NCBI GenBank assembly: GCA_038141705.1
Contig: JAYQIQ010000004.1
Span: 775,135-839,134, forward strand
Length of the DNA: 64,000 bases
Direction of reading: 5' to 3'
Source of the DNA: Candidatus Eutrophomonas brisbanensis
GTDB taxonomy: Bacteria > Pseudomonadota > Gammaproteobacteria > Burkholderiales > Eutrophovitaceae
Positions 1 to 9,019 of this stretch are shown here, piece after piece. Within the stretch, counting starts at the first letter, position 1. Every line of letters begins with the position of its first letter. The position numbers were made by a program, and so were the translations under genes. Below the pieces are notes generated by a model. That model was given only the letters and a program-made list of their open reading frames with translations, did not search any database and was not told the DNA's origin.

Positions 1-1550
1 GGCATCTCATTGTCACGATTGAGGGGGGAGCAGACGCTCCAGCGGAAAAACCACAGCCAGCTGCAAGTGCAGCAGTGCCGGAGGCATCCGCTCCCGCAGC
101 GGCTCCAGCACCAGCTGTGAGCGCAACAACAACTAAGGGAGACCTACACGCTCAAGTCGTGGTTTTGGGTTCTGGTCCTGGTGGCTACACCGCTGCGTTT
201 CGCGCAGCTGATCTTGGATTAAGCGTTGTGTTAATCGAGCGTCATGCGACCCTCGGTGGGGTGTGTTTGAACGTAGGATGTATTCCCTCGAAAGCATTAC
301 TGCATGCCGCGAAGGTTATCTCTGAATCCGAGGAGATGAGTGAACTCGGTATTAGTTTCAAAAAACCGACGATTGAGCTCGATAAATTACGCGATTGGAA
401 AAACAGCATCATCGGAAAACTCACCAAAGGACTTTCTGGGCTAGCGAAACAGCGCAAAGTGCAAATTGTGAGTGGCACTGGAACCTTCGTATCCGGTAAC
501 CTCATCCGTGTAGAAACATCCGATGGCGTCAAAACCGTTTCATTTGACTCAGCAATTATCGCAGCTGGATCGCAAGTCACGAAGATTCCAGGGATTCCTT
601 ACGACGACCCGCGCGTGATGGACTCAACCGATGCCCTCGATCTTGAAAGTATCCCGAAGTCGATGCTCGTAATTGGCGGCGGGATTATCGGATTGGAGAT
701 GGCAACGGTGTACCACGCTCTCGGTGCAAAAATTTCTGTTGTGGAACTCGCTGATGCGTTAATCCCCGGAGCCGATAAAGATATCGTTCGACCACTCCAT
801 AAGCGACTCGAGAAACAATATGAAGCGATTTACCTGAACACCAAAGTGAGCAACCTTGAGGCACAAAAAAATGGACTCAAGGCAACGTTCGAAGGTGACA
901 AAGCACCGGAGCCTACGGTGTATGACAAAGTGCTCGTCGCGGTCGGTCGTCGTCCGAACGGAAAACTCATTGGCGCAGAAGTAGCAGGGATACACGTAAA
1001 TGACGCAGGCTTTATTCCGGTTGATAAACAGATGCGAACAAATGTTCCGAACATTTATGCGATTGGCGACATTGTCGGCAACCCCATGCTTGCACACAAA
1101 GCAACGCACGAAGGAAAACTCGCTGCTGAAGTGATTGCAGGACACAAAGTTGCATTCGATGCAAAAACCATTCCTTCAGTTGCGTACACAGATCCAGAGC
1201 TCGCGTGGATGGGAAAAACCGAAACGCAAGCGAAAGCCGAAGGCATCGATTTCGAACGCGCTGTCTTCCCGTGGGCCGCAAGCGGCAGATCCCTTGCAAT
1301 GGGACGCGATGAAGGGATGACAAAATTACTGTTCGATAAATCAACCAAGAAATTAATTGGTGCAGGTATGGTGGGGAGCAATGCGGGAGAGCTCATTGCG
1401 GAAACAGTACTTGCGTTAGAGATGGGAGCAGACGCAGAAGATATCGGATTGACGATTCACCCACATCCAACACTTTCTGAGAGCGTGTTCTTTGCGGCAG
1501 AAATTGCCGAAGGATCCATTACCGATCTCTATATGCCAAAGAAAAAGTAA
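1..1550 (+). CDS. lpdA: Dihydrolipoyl dehydrogenase (E3), 5'-partial. The frame is open to the window edge and encodes the end of an N-terminal lipoyl domain plus an Ala/Pro linker.
   Basis: FAD motif GSGPGGY, redox-active disulfide CLNVGCIPSK and C-terminal HPHPTLSE. The frame of ORF 75..1550 stays open back to nt 3 (HLIVTIEGGADAPAEKPQPAASAAAVPEASAPAAAPAPAV). Confidence 0.95.
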   Translation, partial: HLIVTIEGGADAPAEKPQPAASAAVPEASAPAAAPAPAVSATTTKGDLHAQVVVLGSGPGGYTAAFRAADLGLSVVLIERHATLGGVCLNVGCIPSKALLHAAKVISESEEMSELGISFKKPTIELDKLRDWKNSIIGKLTKGLSGLAKQRKVQIVSGTGTFVSGNLIRVETSDGVKTVSFDSAIIAAGSQVTKIPGIPYDDPRVMDSTDALDLESIPKSMLVIGGGIIGLEMATVYHALGAKISVVELADALIPGADKDIVRPLHKRLEKQYEAIYLNTKVSNLEAQKNGLKATFEGDKAPEPTVYDKVLVAVGRRPNGKLIGAEVAGIHVNDAGFIPVDKQMRTNVPNIYAIGDIVGNPMLAHKATHEGKLAAEVIAGHKVAFDAKTIPSVAYTDPELAWMGKTETQAKAEGIDFERAVFPWAASGRSLAMGRDEGMTKLLFDKSTKKLIGAGMVGSNAGELIAETVLALEMGADAEDIGLTIHPHPTLSESVFFAAEIAEGSITDLYMPKKK

Positions 1551-1569
1551 TACGGGCAGTTTGCGCGCA

Positions 1570-2412
1570 ATGATTTTTTCGACTCCAAGCCGGTTTGAAC
1601 CAGCGCTGCAAGTGGCGAGCAATCGATCTGGCCCAGCGCTTTGGTTCGTGTTTCACAAGAACAATATTCTAGTTTTAAAAAATACGGAAACGCAGGAAGT
1701 CAGTATTCCCCTAGTGGAACACGCTACGGAACTCGGTCTAATCGTCACGCGCGAACAATACCTCGGGTTACTCAATGGAGTGCCTTGTTATGCCGCGGAA
1801 GCTGCCTATGAGGCACTTACCAATCCGACATTGGAGTGGATGGGTTTACGTAGTTTATTTAGTCTTGTGGATGACGAGCTCTTCGCGATTTCTGGACGAG
1901 CTTTTCAGATTATCGATTGGCATCGCACGCACCAATTCTGCGGGCGCTGCGGACACAAGAATTTTCAAAAAGAAGGCGAGCGTTGTTTGCGATGCCATGA
2001 CTGTGGGCAACTACATTACCCTCGAGTCGCACCTGCGATCATGGTGATGGTGCAGCGAGAAAAAGATTTCTTACTCGCACGATCCCCGCACTTTATTCCT
2101 GGTATGTACTCGGCTCTTGCCGGATTCTCCGAGCCTGGCGAAACACTCGAAGAAACACTAGAGCGAGAAGTATTTGAAGAGGTTGGGGTGCGGGTGAATA
2201 ACATTCGGTATTTCGCGAGTCAACCTTGGCCCTTCCCGCACTCGCTGATGATCGCTTTTCATGCAGACTATGTATCGGGCGAAATTACTCCGGATCCGCA
2301 GGAAATTGAGGACGCTGGATGGTTTAACGTAAATAAGCTCCCAGAAAAACTACCGAGCCCAATTAGTATCTCCCGAAAATTGATTGACGCGACTATTGCA
2401 AGTTTAACTTGA
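1570..2412 (+). CDS. nudC: NADH pyrophosphatase (Nudix hydrolase NudC)
   Basis: Zn-ribbon CGRCG...CLRCHDCG, Nudix box GFSEPGETLEETLEREVFEEVGV and NudC signature SQPWPFPHS. I chose the ATG at 1570 because the 1492 start would overlap the lpdA 3' end. Confidence 0.9.
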   Translation: MIFSTPSRFEPALQVASNRSGPALWFVFHKNNILVLKNTETQEVSIPLVEHATELGLIVTREQYLGLLNGVPCYAAEAAYEALTNPTLEWMGLRSLFSLVDDELFAISGRAFQIIDWHRTHQFCGRCGHKNFQKEGERCLRCHDCGQLHYPRVAPAIMVMVQREKDFLLARSPHFIPGMYSALAGFSEPGETLEETLEREVFEEVGVRVNNIRYFASQPWPFPHSLMIAFHADYVSGEITPDPQEIEDAGWFNVNKLPEKLPSPISISRKLIDATIASLT

Positions 2413-2492
2413 TCCCCTAAAAAGCCGGAACTTCGCACACACAAAACACTCGAAAGAGAAAATACTCACTCACGTTAAAAAAAGAGCTACCC

Positions 2493-2960
2493 ATGACCCT
2501 ACGTAGATATTTTTTAGTTCTCGCAATGAGCTTGGTTCTGTCTCCTACTGTGACGCAAGCTGCAGAGAGCGGTTTAAATATTGAAGTTTGGAAAAGTCCA
2601 AGCTGCGGATGCTGCAAGGAGTGGATCAAGCACCTCACGGAAAACGGATTTACCGTCACCGCTTACGACGTCGGTAACAATGCCGCGCGTGCTACTTTAG
2701 GTATGCCGCGTAAATTCGGCTCTTGTCACACTGGGTTGATCGATGGCTATGTCATCGAAGGACATGTGCCCGCCTCCGACATTAAGCGTCTGTTAGCTTC
2801 CCGTCCCGACGCTATTGGGCTTACCGTACCGGGAATGCCCATCGGGTCTCCAGGGATGGACGGGCCTATGTATGAAGGCCAACAAGATCCTTATGAAGTA
2901 TTGCTCATAGACCAGAAAAAAGAATCGAGTGTGTTTAACCGCTATCATTACGATAAATAA
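2493..2960 (+). CDS. copG: Periplasmic DUF411/CopG-type copper-binding protein
   Basis: N-terminal signal peptide, CxCC motif (SCGCCKEW) and MPIGSPGM motif, both typical of the CopG/DUF411 family. Confidence 0.8.
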   Translation: MTLRRYFLVLAMSLVLSPTVTQAAESGLNIEVWKSPSCGCCKEWIKHLTENGFTVTAYDVGNNAARATLGMPRKFGSCHTGLIDGYVIEGHVPASDIKRLLASRPDAIGLTVPGMPIGSPGMDGPMYEGQQDPYEVLLIDQKKESSVFNRYHYDK

Positions 2961-3009
2961 TTTAATAGCGTCCACTAACCAATTAATAAAGCAACAACAA
3001 AGGTACGTC

Positions 3010-3892
3010 ATGATGAGAAATCTAAGAGTTTTATGCGCAACACTCCTGCTAGCGATTGGAGTAAGTACTGCGAACGCGAAAACCCTAGCGATTGGTTACA
3101 CAAATGAGTCCTACCAGGAAGCCGCTGCAATGATTTTTAAGATCGTTTTTGAGCGCTCAGGGTATAACGTCGCAGAAAAAATTGGATCAACCAGCACGAT
3201 GTTACACGCAGTGGCAGATGGAGAAGTCGACGTATTTATCTCAGCGTGGCTTCCCAACCGCGATGCTGAAGACTACGAATCCCTCAAAGACAAACTAGTA
3301 CTGATGACTCCCATTTATGATGATGCGCGTTCAGGGTTTGCGGTTCCTAAATACATTCCAAAATCGATCGTAGAAAATATTGATGACTTAACAAAACCTG
3401 AAGTACTGGAGCGCATCAATAAAACAATTACACAGGACACTCGTGAAAAAGAATTAAACGAGCAAACAAAGAATGCTGGCAAGACCTACTCGCTTGCCGA
3501 TCAAGGGTTTGCGATGGAGGCGCTAGATTCCGACTCCTGGTTCGCGACCGTTGAAAAAAAGATTGGAGAGCAAAGAGTGGTTTGTGATTCCAATAACAAA
3601 GCCCCACATCTTTAACCTCACAAAAAACTTCAGGTTCCTGAAAGATCCCAAAGATGGCTTCCATAAAAAAGATACGGCCTGGTTAGTCGCGAATAAGAAA
3701 ACTGAAAAAGAAGTTGCGGAGCATATTTACAACATCTTACTCAAGATGGAGATGTCAACAGAGTGGGTAGCGGAGCTACAGCAAATGATCAAAGAAAAGA
3801 TTATCCGCCGTATGTCGCTGCGAGAATTTGGATGGCAGCACATCCTTACACGGTTGAATTTTGGATCTCTGGGGAATAGAAAGTTTTCCTAA
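3010..3892 (+). pseudogene. Glycine betaine/osmoprotectant ABC-type substrate-binding protein (OpuAC/ProX family), frameshifted, with no adjacent permease or ATPase
   Basis: Signal peptide MMRNLRVLCATLLLAIGVSTANA. Family motifs (ISAWLPNRD; KEWFVIPITKPH...FLKDPKDGF) lie in two frames. The frames switch at the A7 run 3554-3560, and A6 would give one continuous ORF. Confidence 0.75.
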
Positions 3893-3915
3893 CTCATCTG
3901 CAAAAAAACAGAAAA

Positions 3916-3946
3916 AAGGTTCGGGCATACACCGAACCTTTTTTAT
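3916..3946. terminator. Bidirectional rho-independent terminator between convergent genes
   Basis: The 9-bp stem AAGGTTCGG (3916-3924) pairs with CCGAACCTT (3932-3940). It is flanked by an A-run upstream and TTTTTT downstream. Confidence 0.8.
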
Positions 3947-3947
3947 T

Positions 3948-4346
3948 TCAACTACGGAGTTGATTTAACGTCTTATGGACTTGTGTTGGATTTTCTATCC
4001 AGACAAAACGCAATTCACCACCACCCGTTCCTCGAATATTGATATCTCCAGCACCAAAAATTCGTTGCAGAATGGATTGCTTGAAGTTCACTTCTTCAAT
4101 GCGGTTGAGACTGATCTCTTCAGTTGATCGCTTAATCCAACCGATTTTTTTGATTACACGTTTCTCCGTGATCGCTTGTTCGGTTGTCCAGTTTTCAATC
4201 ATGATTTTTATAAATAGATAAATCCCAATAATGAAAATTCCAAAAAATATCAGATAAAACCAAGCTAAGAATTTACGAATCCAATGTAGCTCGACTTCCA
4301 GAATTATTTTTTCATTGTCTGGCAAAGTTGAGCTTATGTAGCGCAT
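3948..4346 (-). CDS. Membrane-anchored bacterial PH-domain protein (bPH_2/DUF304, YdbS/YdbT-like)
   Basis: Two N-terminal TM helices followed by a PH-like domain (ITEKRVIKKIGWIKRSTEEISLNRIEEV...GAGDI). Confidence 0.7.
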   Translation of the reverse strand: MRYISSTLPDNEKIILEVELHWIRKFLAWFYLIFFGIFIIGIYLFIKIMIENWTTEQAITEKRVIKKIGWIKRSTEEISLNRIEEVNFKQSILQRIFGAGDINIRGTGGGELRFVWIENPTQVHKTLNQLRS

Positions 4347-4444
4347 AGTTGTTTTTTCTCATTGGAATCGGAAAGAGATTGTAATGCCGAATTTGCGGTT
4401 GCGCTTATGTCCCACCAGAAGATCTGCAGAAACCAACTTCGGGA

Positions 4445-5596
4445 TTAGGTCTTAAATTTTTTGATAAGACGATCTATGTTGGATAGATCCTTAACAATCC
4501 ATGGGACCTCGGCTAAAACACCAATTAGCGTGTGATCAAAGGTAATCGCTTTAGCGGCATATCCTTCAATAAATACTCCGAAGATAATTGTCAGTAGCGC
4601 ATAACCAATCGCCGCACGAAAAGGTGAAGCATTTTGACGACCGCGTCGATCAGGCGCCCATAACTGCCCACTCCAAGCCAAGCCCCATGCGGCTCCATGA
4701 GTGAGTGCAAGACCGAGCATATCCCAGGGCGACAAGAGCCATATAGCTAACGCTGCGCCTGAAACCAGCAAGGCCAAACAGAGCTTGGCAAACATTGACG
4801 TAGTCCAGTGCGCGATCCATCTCCGCAACAACACCGCTGAACCGAACATCGCTACAAGATGCGCAAGCACCAACACCTGCGGCGGAATCGATTCTACTCG
4901 GCACAGAGCAACCATCACTGGAAGCGAAGCCATCATCGGAAGCATGGCTAGGCCCGCAAGAAGTAACGGCCATTGTTCTAAATCACGCCAAGCGCCTACC
5001 GGCCACGCAGGCAGGGAGCAATCAAAAAGTCCTGCACGACAACCAGGGGCGCTTGCACGCTCCTCCAAATGAAACTGCAAGAGTACTAATATGCCGGCAA
5101 GTATTGACACAAATATAGCTAGATGCGTACTGAGCGTAGATAAATCTCCCAGATCCCCTAATATCAATCCCGCACTCAACGCTCCGAGAGTCGCTGCAAT
5201 CACGGGAGGTTCTGGTAACGCTTGACGGAAAAGCCGCAAACTTCTTACTACACCAGACGCTAACGCAGTCAGCGCTCCCCAAGAAAACAGAATCAGCACA
5301 ACCGAAAGTAACCCACCACCGCGTACGGACCACACGAGCCCGACAACAGCCAACACCGCGCACCCAATAATCGCGAGCGATCGCACACACCGCCGCATGT
5401 TCCCCCAAGTTCCCACACTCGCAGCTCCACCGAGGACTAATAGCCACAGCGCGACTAGCGCAAAAGCGCTCGCAAAGTTGGGTGTGAATTGCAAGGCAAG
5501 GGCAGCAATACCAATCCAACCAGAGACCAGTAACGCCCATGCGCACGCCCGACCAATCGTGAGACGAAGTAAAGACTGATCAATGAGAGAAGGCAC
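4445..5596 (-). CDS. Polytopic integral membrane protein of unknown function (MFS-like topology), last gene of the cox cluster
   Basis: A 383-aa ORF made almost entirely of hydrophobic helices, with no catalytic motif I recognise. It starts 4 nt downstream of the mocA-like gene and is conspicuously GC-rich. Confidence 0.6.
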   Translation of the reverse strand: MPSLIDQSLLRLTIGRACAWALLVSGWIGIAALALQFTPNFASAFALVALWLLVLGGAASVGTWGNMRRCVRSLAIIGCAVLAVVGLVWSVRGGGLLSVVLILFSWGALTALASGVVRSLRLFRQALPEPPVIAATLGALSAGLILGDLGDLSTLSTHLAIFVSILAGILVLLQFHLEERASAPGCRAGLFDCSLPAWPVGAWRDLEQWPLLLAGLAMLPMMASLPVMVALCRVESIPPQVLVLAHLVAMFGSAVLLRRWIAHWTTSMFAKLCLALLVSGAALAIWLLSPWDMLGLALTHGAAWGLAWSGQLWAPDRRGRQNASPFRAAIGYALLTIIFGVFIEGYAAKAITFDHTLIGVLAEVPWIVKDLSNIDRLIKKFKT

Positions 5597-5600
5597 GCGT

Positions 5601-6296
5601 TCAAACTTGAGCGGTTGATAAAAGCTTACTCGGCCAACTTAAGGTATGCCCAGTTGAAGACTGGAAATGCTCTAAATCTTCTGGCCGATCAATATCAAGA
5701 AAAAAATGTTCGTTCTCGGGCTCGAACCAAAAAACAGTCTCGGGATGTTTCTCTCGCCAATTACGGCACGTCAAATTTGCGTTCCCCGCGAGCCATTGTT
5801 CGCGAAGTGCCGCATCGAACATAACCGGGTTTCCCGGCGTCGAAATTCCATCTGAGGACAGAGTTCTCGGGACGACCATCGACTTTTCTCCGCGTCGGCG
5901 AAACGCGCTAATCAAAGAGGTAACGTCTTGCGCATCAACCAGCGGTTGATCCGCGAGAGCGACGATAACGGAATCGAGTTTTGGGGATAACGCTTCAAGC
6001 CCAAGCCGAACTGATGACGCTTGGCCATCATCAGGGTTCGGATTACGCACCATCGTAATCGGAAATTGTCCAATCGCCGCTTCAACATCTTCTGCGTAGT
6101 GACCCAGAACGACCGCAACCTCATCCACCCCCGCTCCAGACAGCGCAATGAGTTGACGCATCACAAGCGGAACGCCACCGAGCTCGAGTAAGGCTTTCGG
6201 TTTCCCTCCCAACCGTGATCCCGCCCCGGCTGCGAGTAATACCGCGCCCACACTCATACGGCTGTAGAGTCCATTCGCTTTATACGGGCATCCCAT
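5601..6296 (-). CDS. MobA/MocA-like nucleotidyltransferase (probable molybdenum cofactor cytidylyltransferase)
   Basis: N-terminal VGAVLLAAGAGSRLGG...KALL (NTP_transf_3 type). A strong SD AAGGAGGAGGG precedes the ATG at 6296. The gene sits in the cox cluster. Confidence 0.75.
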   Translation of the reverse strand: MGCPYKANGLYSRMSVGAVLLAAGAGSRLGGKPKALLELGGVPLVMRQLIALSGAGVDEVAVVLGHYAEDVEAAIGQFPITMVRNPNPDDGQASSVRLGLEALSPKLDSVIVALADQPLVDAQDVTSLISAFRRRGEKSMVVPRTLSSDGISTPGNPVMFDAALREQWLAGNANLTCRNWREKHPETVFWFEPENEHFFLDIDRPEDLEHFQSSTGHTLSWPSKLLSTAQV

Positions 6297-6311
6297 GGTG
6301 TTCCCTCCTCC

Positions 6312-7463
6312 TTATTTCAGTGCATCAATCAACTTCGGTAATACTGCTTTCAAACTCGACAAATTCCCAGCTGGTGCCAACAAATCGAGATGTGGTAACG
6401 CTTCCTGCATCCCCTTACTGACCGGCTCATACCCTGGTTGGTTCATAAGTGGGTTAAGCCAAACGAGTCGCCTCGCTCGGCGCCGCAATTTTGCGAGAGC
6501 GCCAGCCAATGCATTCGTTTCTCCGGTATCATAACCGTCACTCAGTATGACGACTCCCGTTCGCGAGGTAACTAACCTCGAAGCATACTCCCGATTAAAC
6601 TGCACCAAAGATTCACCGATACGCGTGCCCCCAGCCCAACCCTCAGCAAGCATATGCAAACGTTCCTGAGCACGCGCCGGATCGGGGTCGTGTAGCGCCT
6701 GAGAAACACTCGTCATGTGCGTGTGAAAAATAAACGTATGTACGTCGGGCATTTCTGCACCTAACGCACGCGCGAGACGTAGGTAAAAAAAACTGTATTG
6801 CACCATTGAGCGGCTCACGTCGATCAATAACACCAAGCGCGGACGAACGCGTCGACGGTTTCTCCAATGTAGATGAAAAGGAGTTCCCCCACTTGCCACA
6901 CTGCGCCGAATAGTAGAGGGTAGATCTAAGGTGGGTCCTTGGCGCTCTTTCGCCTGACGTCGCATTCGGATATAGCGGAGCTGGCGCGCGAAGTTACGCA
7001 CAAGTGCCTCCACCTCAAGCAAATGCTCGCGCTGCATGAGCTCTCTAAAATCGGCCGAATTTAAACGCGCCTGTCGGCTCGCAGTTTGGCGCGGTGTAAT
7101 CTCATCTAACGTATCTTCGACAGTCTCGTCACGAAGGCTGGGTTGCCCCTGTGGTTCCTGACCAGTCAAAAATCCAAGTTGTCGATCAATTTTTTCCGGA
7201 CGTTGCCACTGGTTCGCAGGTAAAAACCAAGCGTTAAATAATTTATCAAAACGTCGCCACTCATCAGCGCGACCACACAGAAGTACGCGCAAACTATCAC
7301 GCAATATCTCTTGATCGAATAACCCTACGAGTCGAGAGACCCGAAGGATCTCCATCCCCGCACCCGCTCCTACGGAAAACCCATTGGCGTAAAGAAATGT
7401 AGAGAACCGAGCTAGTCGATCGCTGACTCGCTCCCCCAGAGCCGCATCCTCTGCACTTAGCAT
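6312..7463 (-). CDS. coxE: VWA-domain CO-dehydrogenase maturation protein CoxE
   Basis: C-terminal VWA domain with MIDAS-type DxSxS (LLIDVSRSM). The gene overlaps the coxD stop by 7 nt. Confidence 0.8.
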   Translation of the reverse strand: MLSAEDAALGERVSDRLARFSTFLYANGFSVGAGAGMEILRVSRLVGLFDQEILRDSLRVLLCGRADEWRRFDKLFNAWFLPANQWQRPEKIDRQLGFLTGQEPQGQPSLRDETVEDTLDEITPRQTASRQARLNSADFRELMQREHLLEVEALVRNFARQLRYIRMRRQAKERQGPTLDLPSTIRRSVASGGTPFHLHWRNRRRVRPRLVLLIDVSRSMVQYSFFYLRLARALGAEMPDVHTFIFHTHMTSVSQALHDPDPARAQERLHMLAEGWAGGTRIGESLVQFNREYASRLVTSRTGVVILSDGYDTGETNALAGALAKLRRRARRLVWLNPLMNQPGYEPVSKGMQEALPHLDLLAPAGNLSSLKAVLPKLIDALK

Positions 7464-8349
7464 GCTGCAGCTAAGCGAGCCACAACTTCCGGCGTCATCG
7501 TAACGTGGTCCTCACGCGTTTTAATGAGAGAACCAAGCGTTTGCACAATACGATCCACGCCATCTTTTTCAATGGTAGAAATGCCAAGCCGGAGCAATGC
7601 TGCGGTCCAATCGAGCGTTTCCGCTATCCCCGGTTTTTTCTGTAACTCAATTCTTCGCACCCCTTGTATAAATGCGACGATCTGACGTGCAAGTGCCGCG
7701 GGCGCCTCAGGAGCACGCGCTCGCACAATGGCTAACTCTTTCTCATAATCCGGGTAGTCGATGTATTGATAAAAACATCGGCGACGTAGCGCATCGGATA
7801 ACTCTCGTGTTCCGTTAGAGGTAATTACGACGAAGGGACGACTACTCGCCTCTATCGTCCCTAACTCGGGAATCGACATCTGAAAATCAGAAAGCAATTC
7901 GAGTAGATACGCTTCAAACGCCTCATCGGCTCGATCAACCTCATCAATCAGCAGCACGGGTGATTGGTCACACGTAATCGCTTCAAGCAATGGACGCTTC
8001 AGTAGGTAGCGTTCAGAGAAAATATCTTTTTCTTTCTGAGCAACGCCTCGCTCATCGTGTTCGAGTAACTTAATCGCAAGCAATTGTCTCTGGTAATTCC
8101 ACTCGTACATCGCCGAGTGAGAGTCTAGTCCTTCATAACATTGGATTCGTATCAGTCGGGTTTGCAGCAAACTCGCGAGCACTTTCGCAATTTCTGTTTT
8201 ACCGACGCCAGGATCTCCTCGAGTAAGAGCGGACGTTTTAACTCCTGCATCAACAACAGAGCAGCAACCAAACTGGGTTCAGCGATATAGCCGGCTCGTG
8301 CTAAATCCTCTTCAACTTTGGTCAATGCTTTCGCACGATCAACACTCAT
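7457..8349 (-). pseudogene. coxD: MoxR-type AAA+ ATPase CoxD, frameshifted just upstream of the Walker A codons
   Basis: Walker B LLIDEVDRA is in the 241-aa fragment. The Walker A sequence LLLEGDPGVGKTEIAKVLASLLQ is readable only if CC at 8217-8218 is restored to CCC. Confidence 0.8.
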
Positions 8350-8351
8350 TA

Positions 8352-8966
8352 CTACTTCTTCGCAAAAAGGGAACGGAACCAATCTTTGATCATGCCCCAT
8401 ACGAGCCCAAACGCATTGAGCTCTGAAACTTGTGGTTCGGATCTCACATCGGACGCGGACGTCGACGTCCCAGCGCCAGAGGCCGATTCGTTGGCATCAA
8501 CATCAGCGGCTACATTCTGCAACTGCGCTCCAAAGTTTGCCGCAAACTGTTTTAATACTTGATCAGCTACTGCATTCATCATACGCCCACCAAACGCGGC
8601 AGCCTTCCCACTGACTGAGACTTCACTTTGTCCTACTAACACACAATTATCACCATCGACAGATTCAATACGAGCGGTGAGATCCATCGCTGCGCCAGAG
8701 CTGCCAGTAGAGTCCGTACCTTTGCCTACCAGATTCAGCGTGTTGGTTGATGCATCAATACTTTTGACTTCAATTTCGCCCCGAAAAGACATCGTTGCAG
8801 GACCAAATTTCACACTGACCGTTCCTTTGTAATTTTGGTCGTCCAATCGCTCAGTAATCTTGGCGCCCGGCATGCAAGCCGCCACGCTTTCTATATTTTG
8901 CAAAAGCGCCCAGGCACGCTGAGCAGATCCAGCCATGGGAAATGTTTTCTCTAAGCTAACATTCAT
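8352..8966 (-). CDS. coxG: SRPBCC-fold CO-dehydrogenase subunit G
   Basis: A CoxG-type N-terminal domain of about 145 aa, then a low-complexity Ser/Ala linker and an amphipathic tail. The gene lies between coxL and coxD. Confidence 0.8.
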   Translation of the reverse strand: MNVSLEKTFPMAGSAQRAWALLQNIESVAACMPGAKITERLDDQNYKGTVSVKFGPATMSFRGEIEVKSIDASTNTLNLVGKGTDSTGSSGAAMDLTARIESVDGDNCVLVGQSEVSVSGKAAAFGGRMMNAVADQVLKQFAANFGAQLQNVAADVDANESASGAGTSTSASDVRSEPQVSELNAFGLVWGMIKDWFRSLFAKK

Positions 8967-9019
8967 AATCTCACCCGACCTAAAAAATTGGACCCTCCGA
9001 GAGAGGGTCCAGATTAGTC

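Noticed and set aside
1492-1569. The upstream start (1492) for nudC given in the ORF track
   Set aside because: It would overlap the last 59 nt of lpdA and add 26 non-conserved residues. The ATG at 1570 follows the lpdA stop.
4650-5546. Long antisense or alternative-frame ORFs inside real genes, for example 4650..4973, 4701..5072 and 5022..5546. The same applies to 242..580, 759..1145, 26227..26610 and many others in the track.
   Set aside because: They lie wholly within, and antisense or out of frame to, ORFs with clear family motifs. They are typical shadow ORFs of GC-rich coding sequence and have no motifs of their own.
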